From assembly GCA_963751275.1 (NCBI GenBank), contig CAVVTZ010000009.1, positions 160,001 to 224,000 of the forward strand: 64,000 bases of DNA. Direction: 5' to 3'. Shown here in pieces: positions 55,867 to 64,000 of this stretch. A program made the translations under genes and the position numbers. Source of the DNA: an uncultured Gemmatimonadaceae bacterium (lineage in GTDB: Bacteria; Gemmatimonadota; Gemmatimonadetes; Gemmatimonadales; Gemmatimonadaceae). The stretch's first letter is position 1, and each line of letters opens with the position of its first letter. The notes below the pieces were generated by a model. It was not told the origin of the DNA, searched no databases, and saw nothing but the letters and a program-made list of their open reading frames with translations.

Positions 55867-56165
55867 GGCTCCTCGGATCCTCAGCCGCCTCGATGCCGAA
55901 CACACGCATCACAGTTCAAGTTTGAACGGATCAACCGGATTGGAGCGGATGACGCGGATCGCTCCGCGTGGCGTATTGGCGCCGTGAGGCGAGGCGGAGT
56001 CCGCGCACTTGTTGTTAACGACAAATACGATAACTCGACCCTACTCGGCGATCCTGCTGCACCCATGGAGCAATCCGCGTCATCCGCTCCGATCCGGTTG
56101 ATCCGTTCAAACTTGAACCGTGATGCGTGTGTTCGGCGTCGCGGCGGCTGAGGATCCAAGGAGCC
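55867..56165. repeat. Dyad element C: ~90-bp arms, 4 CGGA units, central GTTAAC
   Basis: Near-perfect inverted arms; GTTAAC 56014-56019 within 0.5 nt of the dyad. Confidence 0.95.
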
Positions 56166-56209
56166 TTGGCCGTCGGGTCGCGCCACTCGCGGCGCGTTAT
56201 CTTCTTGCC

Positions 56210-56593
56210 ATGGCGAGTGATCTGACGATTGGCCGAGTGCTCATCCGGGCCCTGCGCCGCCGCTGCCCCAACTGCGGCGGCCAGCCGATCTTCATCGACT
56301 GGTTCCGGATGTTGCCCGGCTGCATCAATTGCGGACTCGCGCTCGAGCGCGGCGAGGAGGGTTATCAGGTGGGCGCGTACATGATCAACATCGGCGCCAC
56401 GCTCCTCCTGTTCGTCGGCGGCTTCGCCGGCGCGCTGGTCGCGACGTGGCCCTCGCCGCCGTGGACCCTTCTGACGTATGTTGCCGCGGCGCTGATGATC
56501 GCGTTCCCGATCTTCTTCTATCCGTATTCCAAGACACTCTTCCTGGGGTTCGACCTCTTGATCCATCCACCGTTCGACAGCGGCGATCGATGA
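56210..56593 (+). CDS. DUF983 domain protein
   Basis: RCPNCG...CINCG zinc ribbon plus two TMs. Confidence 0.85.
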   Translation: MASDLTIGRVLIRALRRRCPNCGGQPIFIDWFRMLPGCINCGLALERGEEGYQVGAYMINIGATLLLFVGGFAGALVATWPSPPWTLLTYVAAALMIAFPIFFYPYSKTLFLGFDLLIHPPFDSGDR

Positions 56594-58176
56594 GCAAGCG
56601 GCCTCCACGCGGCATCGTCGTCGGCGGCGCGCCCAAGTGGCGCGCGAGCCCCATCCTGTCCGCGGCGGCGATCGAATTCGTCGCCGAGCTCGCGCGCGCG
56701 CATCGCTCGACGATCGCGAAGCTCCTTGCGCGCCGCGCCGAGCGCGCGAAGGAGATGGATGCGCTCGCCGCCGCCGGCAAGCCGATCCTCGATTTCCTCG
56801 AGAGCACGCGCACGGTGCGCGAGACCGAATGGGTGTGCGCGACGATCCCCGCCGACCTGCGCGACCGCCGCGTTGAGATCACCGGACCCGTCGATCGCAA
56901 GATGGTCATCAATGCGCTCAACTCCGGCGCGCGCGTGTTCATGGCCGATTTCGAGGATTCCACCACCCCCACGTGGGAGAATCTCATCGCCGGCCAGCAG
57001 AACCTCTGCGATGCGGTGCGCCGTACGATCACCTTCGAGTCCGGCGGCAAGCATTACGCGCTCAACGACAAGACGGCCGTGCTCATGGTGCGCCCGCGCG
57101 GGCTGCATCTTCCCGAGGCGCATTTCGTCGTGGACGGTGAGCCGATCCCCGGCGCGCTGCTCGACTTCGGCCTCTTCTTCTTCCACAACGCCAAGGCGTT
57201 GGTCGATCGCGGCACCGGTCCGTATTTCTATCTCCCAAAGCTCGAGAGTCATCTCGAGGCGCGCGTCTGGAACGATGTCTTCATCCAGGCGCAGCGCGCG
57301 CTCGGCGTCCCGCTCGGCACGATCCGCGCCACGGTGCTCATCGAGACGCTCCCCGCCGCCTTCGAGATGCACGAGATCCTGCACGAGCTGCGCCAGCACG
57401 CCGCCGGGCTCAACTGCGGCCGCTGGGATTACATCTTCTCCTTCATCAAGAAGCACCGCGCCAGCGCGACCGCCATCCTCCCCGATCGCGCGCAGATCAC
57501 GATGGACAAGGGATTCCTGCGCGCGTACTCACAGCTGCTCATCCGCACCTGCCACCGCCGCGGCGTGCACGCGATGGGCGGCATGGCGGCGCAGATCCCG
57601 ATCAAGAACGATCCCGCGAAGAACGACGCCGCGCTCGAGCGCGTGCGCGCCGACAAGCGGCGCGAGGCCACGGACGGCCACGACGGCACCTGGGTCGCGC
57701 ATCCGGGACTCGTGCCCGTCGCCATGGAGATCTTCGACGCCGCGATGCCCGGCCCCAACCAGCTCGGCAAGCTCCGCGAGGATGTGAACGTCACCACCGC
57801 CGACCTGCTCGGCGTGCCCGCCGGCACGCGCACCGAGGCCGGGCTGCGGCACGACGTGCGCGTCGGCATCCAGTACATCGAGGCGTGGCTGCGCGGCGTC
57901 GGCTGCGTGCCGCTCTACGACCTCATGGAGGACGCCGCCACCGCCGAGATCAGCCGCGCGCTCGTGTGGCAGTGGCTGAAGCACGGCGTGACCGTCGGGG
58001 AATTGCCGCTTACACCCGCGCGATTCAATGCCATCGTTCAGGAGGAGACGCGCGACCTCACCGGCGGACGTTTCGCCGACGCGCGCGCTCTCTTCGTTTC
58101 GCTCTCCACCGCGAACGACTTCGCCGACTTCCTGACGATCCCCGCGTACGAACGGATCGTCGCCGACAATTCCTGA
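56590..58176 (+). CDS. aceB: Malate synthase A
   Basis: [49 protein letters not shown]. Confidence 0.97.
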   Translation: MSKRPPRGIVVGGAPKWRASPILSAAAIEFVAELARAHRSTIAKLLARRAERAKEMDALAAAGKPILDFLESTRTVRETEWVCATIPADLRDRRVEITGPVDRKMVINALNSGARVFMADFEDSTTPTWENLIAGQQNLCDAVRRTITFESGGKHYALNDKTAVLMVRPRGLHLPEAHFVVDGEPIPGALLDFGLFFFHNAKALVDRGTGPYFYLPKLESHLEARVWNDVFIQAQRALGVPLGTIRATVLIETLPAAFEMHEILHELRQHAAGLNCGRWDYIFSFIKKHRASATAILPDRAQITMDKGFLRAYSQLLIRTCHRRGVHAMGGMAAQIPIKNDPAKNDAALERVRADKRREATDGHDGTWVAHPGLVPVAMEIFDAAMPGPNQLGKLREDVNVTTADLLGVPAGTRTEAGLRHDVRVGIQYIEAWLRGVGCVPLYDLMEDAATAEISRALVWQWLKHGVTVGELPLTPARFNAIVQEETRDLTGGRFADARALFVSLSTANDFADFLTIPAYERIVADNS

Positions 58177-58189
58177 GCAAGACCATCAC

Positions 58190-59445
58190 ATGACTCCCGC
58201 CACCAAGACTCCCGCCGATCGCTTCGCCGGGATCACGCGTCCGTACACCCCGGCCGATGTCCTGCGGCTGCGCGGGAGCTACAAGGTCGAGTACACGATC
58301 GCTCGGCTCGGCGCCGAGCGTCTCTGGGACCTACTGCATGCGCGAGCCGTACGTCATCGTCGCTCGGCGCGCTCACCGGCAATCAGGCGGTGCAGCAGGT
58401 GCGCGCCGGGCTGCAGGCGATCTATCTCTCCGGCTGGCAGGTGGCCGCCGACGCGAACACGGCGGGGCGCACGTATCCGGACCAGAGCCTCTATCCGGTG
58501 GACAGCGTGCCGGCGGTGGTCCGGCGGATCAACGCGGCGCTCATTCGCGCGGACCAGATCGAGTCGTCGGAAGGGAAGACCTCGCGCCACTGGCTCGCGC
58601 CGATCGTCGCCGACGCGGAGGCGGGATTCGGCGGGCCGCTCAACGCGCACGAGTTGATGCGCAGCATGATCGAGGCCGGCGCCGCGGGCGTGCACTTCGA
58701 GGATCAGTTGGCGTCCGAGAAGAAATGCGGTCACATGGGCGGGAAGGTGGTGGTACCGATCGGGCATTTCATTCGCACGCTCGTGGCCGCGCGTCTCGCG
58801 GCGGACATCTGCGACGTGCCCACGCTGCTCGTGGCGCGCACCGATGCCGACAGCGCGAAGCTGATCACCAGCGACATCGATGAGCGCGACCATCCCTTCA
58901 TCGAGAAGGACGGCCGCACGGCGGAGGGGTTCTACCGGCTGAAGAGCGGGCTCGCGGCGTGCATCGCGCGCGGCCTCGCGTACGCGCCGTATGCCGACAT
59001 CATCTGGTGCGAGACATCCACGCCGGACCTCACGCAGGCGAAGCAGTTCGCCGAGGGGATCCACGCCGAGTTCCCGGGGAAACTGCTCGCCTACAACTGT
59101 TCGCCGAGCTTCAATTGGCGGAAGAACCTCGACGAAGCGACGATCGCGAAGTTCCAGCGCGAGCTGGCGGCGATGGGCTACAAGTTCCAGTTCGTGACGC
59201 TCGCGGGCTTCCACGCGATCAACTTCACGATGTACGAGCTATCGCGCGATTATCTCGCGCGCGGCATGAGCGCGTACTCGGAATTCCAGCAGCGCGAATT
59301 CGCGGCGGAGGCGGATGGGTACACCGCAATGCGCCACCAGCGCGAAGTGGGCGCGGGATATTTCGACCAGGTGGCGGAGATCATCTCGGGCGGAACGGCA
59401 TCTACCCTCGCGTTGAAAGGCAGTACCGAGAAGGCGCAGTTCTGA
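58190..59445 (+). CDS. aceA: Isocitrate lyase (frameshifts ~58340-58365)
   Basis: [28 protein letters not shown]. Confidence 0.96.
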
Positions 59446-59457
59446 CGGCACAGCGAA

Positions 59458-59577
59458 GTCGTTAGTCGTAGGCATTTAGTCCGAGGCATGACAACGGATG
59501 GCGTAAGACTCTCGAACTCGCTTTCACACCATACAATTGGTTGTCATGCCTCGGACTAAACGCGTACGACCAACGAC
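59458..59577. repeat. Inverted-repeat element F (38-bp arms)
   Basis: Arms 59458-59495 and 59540-59577, 3 mismatches. Confidence 0.85.
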
Positions 59578-59586
59578 CGTTGTCTA

Positions 59587-60067
59587 GTGTCTTACGGCAA
59601 GCGGATCCTCGCCACGGCGTCGATCGCCGTCGCGCGGCCGCCGGCCGTCGCGTTCCGCCCGATCGAGCGCATCGGCGGCGCCACTGGGTACTACGCATTC
59701 GATTTCCTCTGGCATTCGCGCGGGATGCTCGACCGGTTCCTCGGCGGCCCCGGCCTCGTGCGCGGGCGGCCGCCGCGCGACACGCTGCGCGTGGGCGACA
59801 AGGTGGACTACTGGCACGTCGCCGAGCTGGAGCCCGGCCGCCGCCTGCGCCTCGACTGCGAGATGAAGCTGCCCGGCCGCGGCTGGCTCGAGTTCGAGGT
59901 CACCGGCGACGCGCGCGGCTCGGTGATCCGGCAGACGACCGCCTTCGATCCGCGTGGTATGAGCGGGCTCGTCTACTGGTACGGGATGTATCCGCTGCAC
60001 CAGAATGGTGTTCGACGCGATGCTCCGCGCGATCGCCGCAGCTGCCATGCGCGAGCCGGGCGTCTAG
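59587..60067 (+). CDS. DUF2867 domain protein (frameshift ~60004)
   Basis: IGGATGYY...EMKLPGRGWLEF...FDPRG..GLVYWY..YPLH; shifted frame gives MVFDAMLRAI...TAG 60065-67. Confidence 0.8.
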
Positions 60068-60112
60068 CGTTCTACTCATCGCTCGTCGGGGCTCTCGAGC
60101 GGGAACACAATT

Positions 60113-60327
60113 ATCACGGTAGAAGTTTCGGCCGGATCAACCGGATGATTCCGATTATCCGGATAGGCCTGAGGGTACTCACGCACCCGAGGCGCGGGTC
60201 GAGGGCCGAATTGTTGTTAACCACAAATACACAGCGCCGGCCGTCTCGCACGGTGCATCTCCGGCGCGCGGAGCAATCCGATTGATCCGAGTCATCCGGT
60301 TGATCCGGCCGAAACTTCTATCGTGAT
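60113..60327. repeat. Dyad element D: ~50-bp arms, 9-bp period, central GTTAAC
   Basis: Inverted arms; ttgttgttaaccaca with GTTAAC 60216-60221, 1.5 nt from the dyad. Confidence 0.92.
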
Positions 60328-60355
60328 GCCAGCCCGGAGCAGGTCCAGTAACTAC

Positions 60356-61279
60356 TTACCGTCCTTCGATGAACGTCCCGTCGCGCAGGTCGCTCAGCGC
60401 CTGACGGAGTTCCTGCTCGGTGTTCATCACGATCGGGCCGTACCAGGCGACGGGCTCTTCGATCGGCTTGCCGCTCACGAGCAGGAAGCGGATGCCGCGC
60501 TCGCCGGACTGCACGGTGATCTCGTCGCCGCTGCCGAAGAGCACGAGATTGCGGTCCTGCGCGAAGTCCTCGTTCGCGCGTCGCGCCTCGCCGGGCGTCA
60601 CGAGCGTGCCCACATGCTCGGTCTCGATCGCGCGCGGCGCTGAAGCGTCGCGGAACTTGCCGTCGCCTTCGAAGATGTAGGCGAAGGCGTGTGCACCGCG
60701 TTCCACCTTCAGCGACTTCTTCTTGCCGGGCGGCACCCACACATCCAGGTAGCGCGGCTCCGCGGCCACGCCTTCCACCGGACCTTTCTTTCCCCAGAAA
60801 TCGCCCACCACCACGCGCACGCGGGTGCCGTCGTCATCGGTCACTTCGGGGATGTCCTTGGCCGCGATGTCCTGGTAGCGCGGATGCGTCATCTTGAGCG
60901 ACGACGGGAGATTCGCCCAGAGCTGGAAGCCGTGCATGCGCCCCTTCGCGTCGCCCTGCGGCATCTCCTGGTGCATGATGCCGCGTCCCGCGGTCATCCA
61001 CTGCACGTCGCCCGCGCCGAGGCTGCCGGTATTGCCCAGACTGTCGCCGTGTGCGACCGTGCCGGCGAGGACGTAGGTGATCGTCTCGATCCCGCGGTGC
61101 GGATGCCATGGAAAGCCGGCGAGGTAATCCGCCGGGTTCTCGTTGCGGAAATCGTCGAGCAACAGGAACGGGTCATACTCTTCGGTGTCGCCGAATCCGA
61201 AGGCGCGGCGGAGACGCACACCGGCGCCTTCCATCGTAGGTTGGGATTCAATGATCCGCTTTACTGGACGAATGGACAT
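60356..61279 (-). CDS. Pirin family protein
   Basis: DPFLLLD, HPHRGIETITY, WMTAGRGIMHQE, GPIVMNT. Confidence 0.95.
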   Translation of the reverse strand: MSIRPVKRIIESQPTMEGAGVRLRRAFGFGDTEEYDPFLLLDDFRNENPADYLAGFPWHPHRGIETITYVLAGTVAHGDSLGNTGSLGAGDVQWMTAGRGIMHQEMPQGDAKGRMHGFQLWANLPSSLKMTHPRYQDIAAKDIPEVTDDDGTRVRVVVGDFWGKKGPVEGVAAEPRYLDVWVPPGKKKSLKVERGAHAFAYIFEGDGKFRDASAPRAIETEHVGTLVTPGEARRANEDFAQDRNLVLFGSGDEITVQSGERGIRFLLVSGKPIEEPVAWYGPIVMNTEQELRQALSDLRDGTFIEGR

Positions 61280-61405
61280 ATGACCGCAGACGTTGGACGT
61301 TAGACGCTAAATGAAACGAGCCCGGCGCTCACGAATGAATACGTGAGCGCCGGGTAAAGTTCCGAACTCTGCCGTGCGATACGCTATACGCGAGACGCCA
61401 GCTGT

Positions 61406-62236
61406 TCACTTCAGCTTCGCGAGCTTGTCCTTGAGCCGCTGGCTTTGCGGGAATCTCGCGATGAGCGCGGTGAGGACCACCTTCGCGGAATCGGTCTGTC
61501 CCATCGCGATGAAGGCGTCGGCTTTCGTGGACTGGTAGCGCCCCCACATGCGCGACGTGTCCGCCGGCACGGGGAGTTTGGCCAACTGCGCCATCGCGGC
61601 GGCGCCGTCCTTCTTGTCCATGATGAGACTCTGCGCGTAGGCGAGTTGGATCTGCTGGTCGTTCGGATAGCGGCGCGCGAGCTCCTCGAATTCCTGCGCG
61701 GCGGCGGCCGGGTTCTTCTGGTCGCGGTCGAGCAGCGCGCGGTTGTACAGCGCCGCGACCATGGTGTGGTTCACGTCGGTGGTGTCGTTCGTGCGCTCGC
61801 CCACGCCGCCGGCATACGAATAGACCACGATGCCGCCGAGCCGGCCAACGTCGTACACCTCGTACGCGCCCCACAGACAGATCGCCGCCGACGCCATGAT
61901 GAGATACTTCTTCCACTTCGCGAGCGCCGGGATGAGCGCCGCGATCTCGATCGCCGAGATGAAGAGGAAGAGATTGCGTACATCATGACCCGCATCCTCG
62001 TGTGCCTGCACCGCGGCCGCCGCGCCCGGGATCCGCTCGGACAGCTCGTGCGTGTTGGTCCCCGACATGACCGCGAACACCGCCGCGACGGTGCCGAGGA
62101 GGAGGATGACGGTCGCCGCATGGTCGGTCCACGGCCACTTGCCGGTGACCGAGATCAACCGGAACATGATGCCCAGCCCAAGGCCGGCGATGACGAAGTG
62201 GACGATCTGCGGATGGTAATAGCCGATATCAGGCAT
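61406..62236 (-). CDS. DUF2231-like membrane protein with C-terminal TPR
   Basis: HPQIVHF, HE, GGIVVY; four TMs; helical repeats. Confidence 0.75.
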   Translation of the reverse strand: MPDIGYYHPQIVHFVIAGLGLGIMFRLISVTGKWPWTDHAATVILLLGTVAAVFAVMSGTNTHELSERIPGAAAAVQAHEDAGHDVRNLFLFISAIEIAALIPALAKWKKYLIMASAAICLWGAYEVYDVGRLGGIVVYSYAGGVGERTNDTTDVNHTMVAALYNRALLDRDQKNPAAAAQEFEELARRYPNDQQIQLAYAQSLIMDKKDGAAAMAQLAKLPVPADTSRMWGRYQSTKADAFIAMGQTDSAKVVLTALIARFPQSQRLKDKLAKLK

Positions 62237-62295
62237 GCTGGAGGCGCTCGGTGAGAGTGAGAGGTACGTAAGGATAGTCCGTTGCTTCCCGGCGA

Positions 62296-62420
62296 GTGTG
62301 AACCCCGAACCACGTACTTGGTCCCCCGAACTCCGTCAGAAATGAGTGGTTCGTTGTACGACGAACCTCTCGTTATTCGCGGAGTTCGGGGGACCAATGA
62401 CGGGGTTCGGGGTGCCACAC
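62296..62420. repeat. Near-complete 125-bp palindrome H
   Basis: ttggtcccccgaactccg/cggagttcgggggaccaa arms; core ggttcgttgtacgacgaacc centred at 62357.5. Confidence 0.9.
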
Positions 62421-62432
62421 TCGCGGTGTACT

Positions 62433-63380
62433 CTAGTGGCGCGACACCGCCGTCAGTGCCAGCGGCACTCGCCGGAGCCCGTGCCACATATATACGCCTC
62501 CGTCCCGCGCAACGATGCGCATTTGTGCGGAAACGCCGCCGTCCAGCGCCACCGCGCGGCGGCAGCCGAGCGCTCCCATGAGCGCGGCGGTCTCCGGAAC
62601 AGTGAGCCCGAACGGGATGCCACCGAGCGAAGCGCCCAGCGCATCGAATCGCGTGAGCGCCACGATGAGCGTGCCGTCGGGCATCTGCCCGATCGCCAAT
62701 CGCGCATCGCGATGCTCGAGGTCGATCAAGCCGCTCGCTTCGCGGAGCAGCTTCGGCACCTCGCCATCGCCCTCGAGCAGTGTGGGGTACGACTGGAACG
62801 CCTCGACCACGCCGGCGGGGTGATCGGCGCGCCCCAGTGCGCGCCGCCTCGTGACGTCCGCATCGTTCTCGAAGGTCACCGAGCCGGCGGAGTCGATCAC
62901 CAGCGCGCCCGCCAGCGGACCGGTGCCCGGCGCCCGGTACTCCACGCCATCGTGCACGACCCACCCCCACACCGCGCCCCCGCTGAACTGCCCCGCGTTG
63001 AACGCGACCACCGCCGAGTCCGGCGCCTGGTCGATGTTCCACACCGCTGTGCCGCCGTCCGGCGCCGCGCCGTTCGCGAGGCGCAGCGTCACCGCGCGCG
63101 GATCGATCTTCGCGACCACCACGCGCGTGCGCCACGCCTCGCCGCTGCCGGAGAGTTCGATCTCCGCCCACCGCACGCCGCGCGCGCCATCGTGCCATGC
63201 GAGCGCCGCGGTCACCGCCGGATCCGCCGCCGCCCAGCGCGACGGCGCGCGCTGTGCGCGCCACCACGTGACCCACTCGCCACTCCCGCCGCGCACGCCG
63301 AGCTCCGCCCCGCTCGGCGGTGCGCCGAGCGAGGGCACGAGTGCCGCGAGGATGAGGAGCCGGCGTGCGGTCGCGCGCAC
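62433..63380 (-). CDS. Phosphodiester glycosidase (NAGPA/DUF2233-like) family protein
   Basis: FNAGQF, QSYPTLL, ARLAIG, AVALDGGVSAQM. Confidence 0.75.
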   Translation of the reverse strand: MRATARRLLILAALVPSLGAPPSGAELGVRGGSGEWVTWWRAQRAPSRWAAADPAVTAALAWHDGARGVRWAEIELSGSGEAWRTRVVVAKIDPRAVTLRLANGAAPDGGTAVWNIDQAPDSAVVAFNAGQFSGGAVWGWVVHDGVEYRAPGTGPLAGALVIDSAGSVTFENDADVTRRRALGRADHPAGVVEAFQSYPTLLEGDGEVPKLLREASGLIDLEHRDARLAIGQMPDGTLIVALTRFDALGASLGGIPFGLTVPETAALMGALGCRRAVALDGGVSAQMRIVARDGGVYMWHGLRRVPLALTAVSRH

Positions 63381-63381
63381 C

Positions 63382-64000
63382 CTAGTGCGATGCTCCCTTG
63401 CACTTCGCCATCGCCGCCGACTGCATCTGCGAGATCGTCTGCGCGATCTGCATGAGTTTCGCGGTGTCGCCCGCTTTCTGCGCGGCCTCCATCTCGCTCT
63501 TGTGGTCGATGGAGTACTGTGTCGCGGCCGCCGATTCCTTCTGCATGCACGCCGCGAACGTCATCGAGCTCGCGGAGCCGGCACCCGCGCCGGCCGGCAT
63601 CGCCGGCGCGGGCGGCGGCGCGTTCTGCGCCGCGATCATCGCGTCGGTCTTGTAGCTCACGATCAGCAGCCTCGCGAGCACGATGCGCTGCGGCTTCACG
63701 GCCGCGATCTCGGCCGCCGAGAATCCGTTCGGATGCCCCCACGCCGAGATCTGCTGGCTCGTGGCGCTCGGGTCGCGCGCGAGCACGCTCACGAGCGTGG
63801 GCATCACGTCCACCACACTGGTCCACGCGCAATAGTCGAAATCGCCCGCATGCTCGGCGGCGACATCGAGGCGGTCGTTGGCCGCCTTCTGGGTTTCCCA
63901 CGGGAGCGAAGGCAGCGTCACCGATTGGGGATTCGGCGCCACACTCGGCATCTCCTGTGCCGCCGCCATGTCGCCGGTCTGCGCTTTCTTCTGCAGCGCC
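63382..64000 (-). CDS. Hypothetical helical protein (5' end beyond window)
   Basis: Frame open to window edge; related motifs QKKAQTGDMAA and AAQKAGDTAK. Confidence 0.6.
   Translation of the reverse strand, partial: ALQKKAQTGDMAAAQEMPSVAPNPQSVTLPSLPWETQKAANDRLDVAAEHAGDFDYCAWTSVVDVMPTLVSVLARDPSATSQQISAWGHPNGFSAAEIAAVKPQRIVLARLLIVSYKTDAMIAAQNAPPPAPAMPAGAGAGSASSMTFAACMQKESAAATQYSIDHKSEMEAAQKAGDTAKLMQIAQTISQMQSAAMAKCKGASH

Noticed and set aside
55840..56186. Mirror ORFs on both strands with near-identical peptides
   Set aside because: Artefact of the palindromic element C.

Overview
High-GC bacterial chromosomal segment. The gene content (expanded duplicated MacB-like 'ADOP' permeases, several Hanks-type Ser/Thr kinases with TPR tails) suggests Gemmatimonadota/Acidobacteriota; this is inference. 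In order: the 5' part of a V/A-type ATPase operon; a ~23 kb export locus (1 membrane-fusion protein, 2 ATPases, 7 ADOP permeases, an NtrC-type regulator with its kinase, two sigma54-like promoters); dacB; a PQQ-like propeller; an orphan signal-peptide tandem Hcp-like protein; small housekeeping/unknown genes; DUF305-LVIVD; three Ser/Thr kinases, one paired with a low-GC two-domain Cys-rich secreted protein; a four-gene secreted cluster of TPAITFxG-repeat proteins alternating with small paralogous beta-rich proteins; a met-zincin; aceB-aceA; pirin and others. Many genes carry single-base frameshifts that look like long-read consensus errors. Best candidates for undescribed biology: (1) intergenic dyad elements with 9-bp-period arms and a GTTAAC core at or near the exact centre, including one inside-out copy; (2) the TPAITFxG-repeat/beta-protein operon; (3) the Sec-exported double Hcp; (4) the receptor kinase plus Cys-rich partner. 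No rRNA, tRNA, CRISPR array, transposase or integrase was recognised. All family names come from motif recognition by eye, not database searches.
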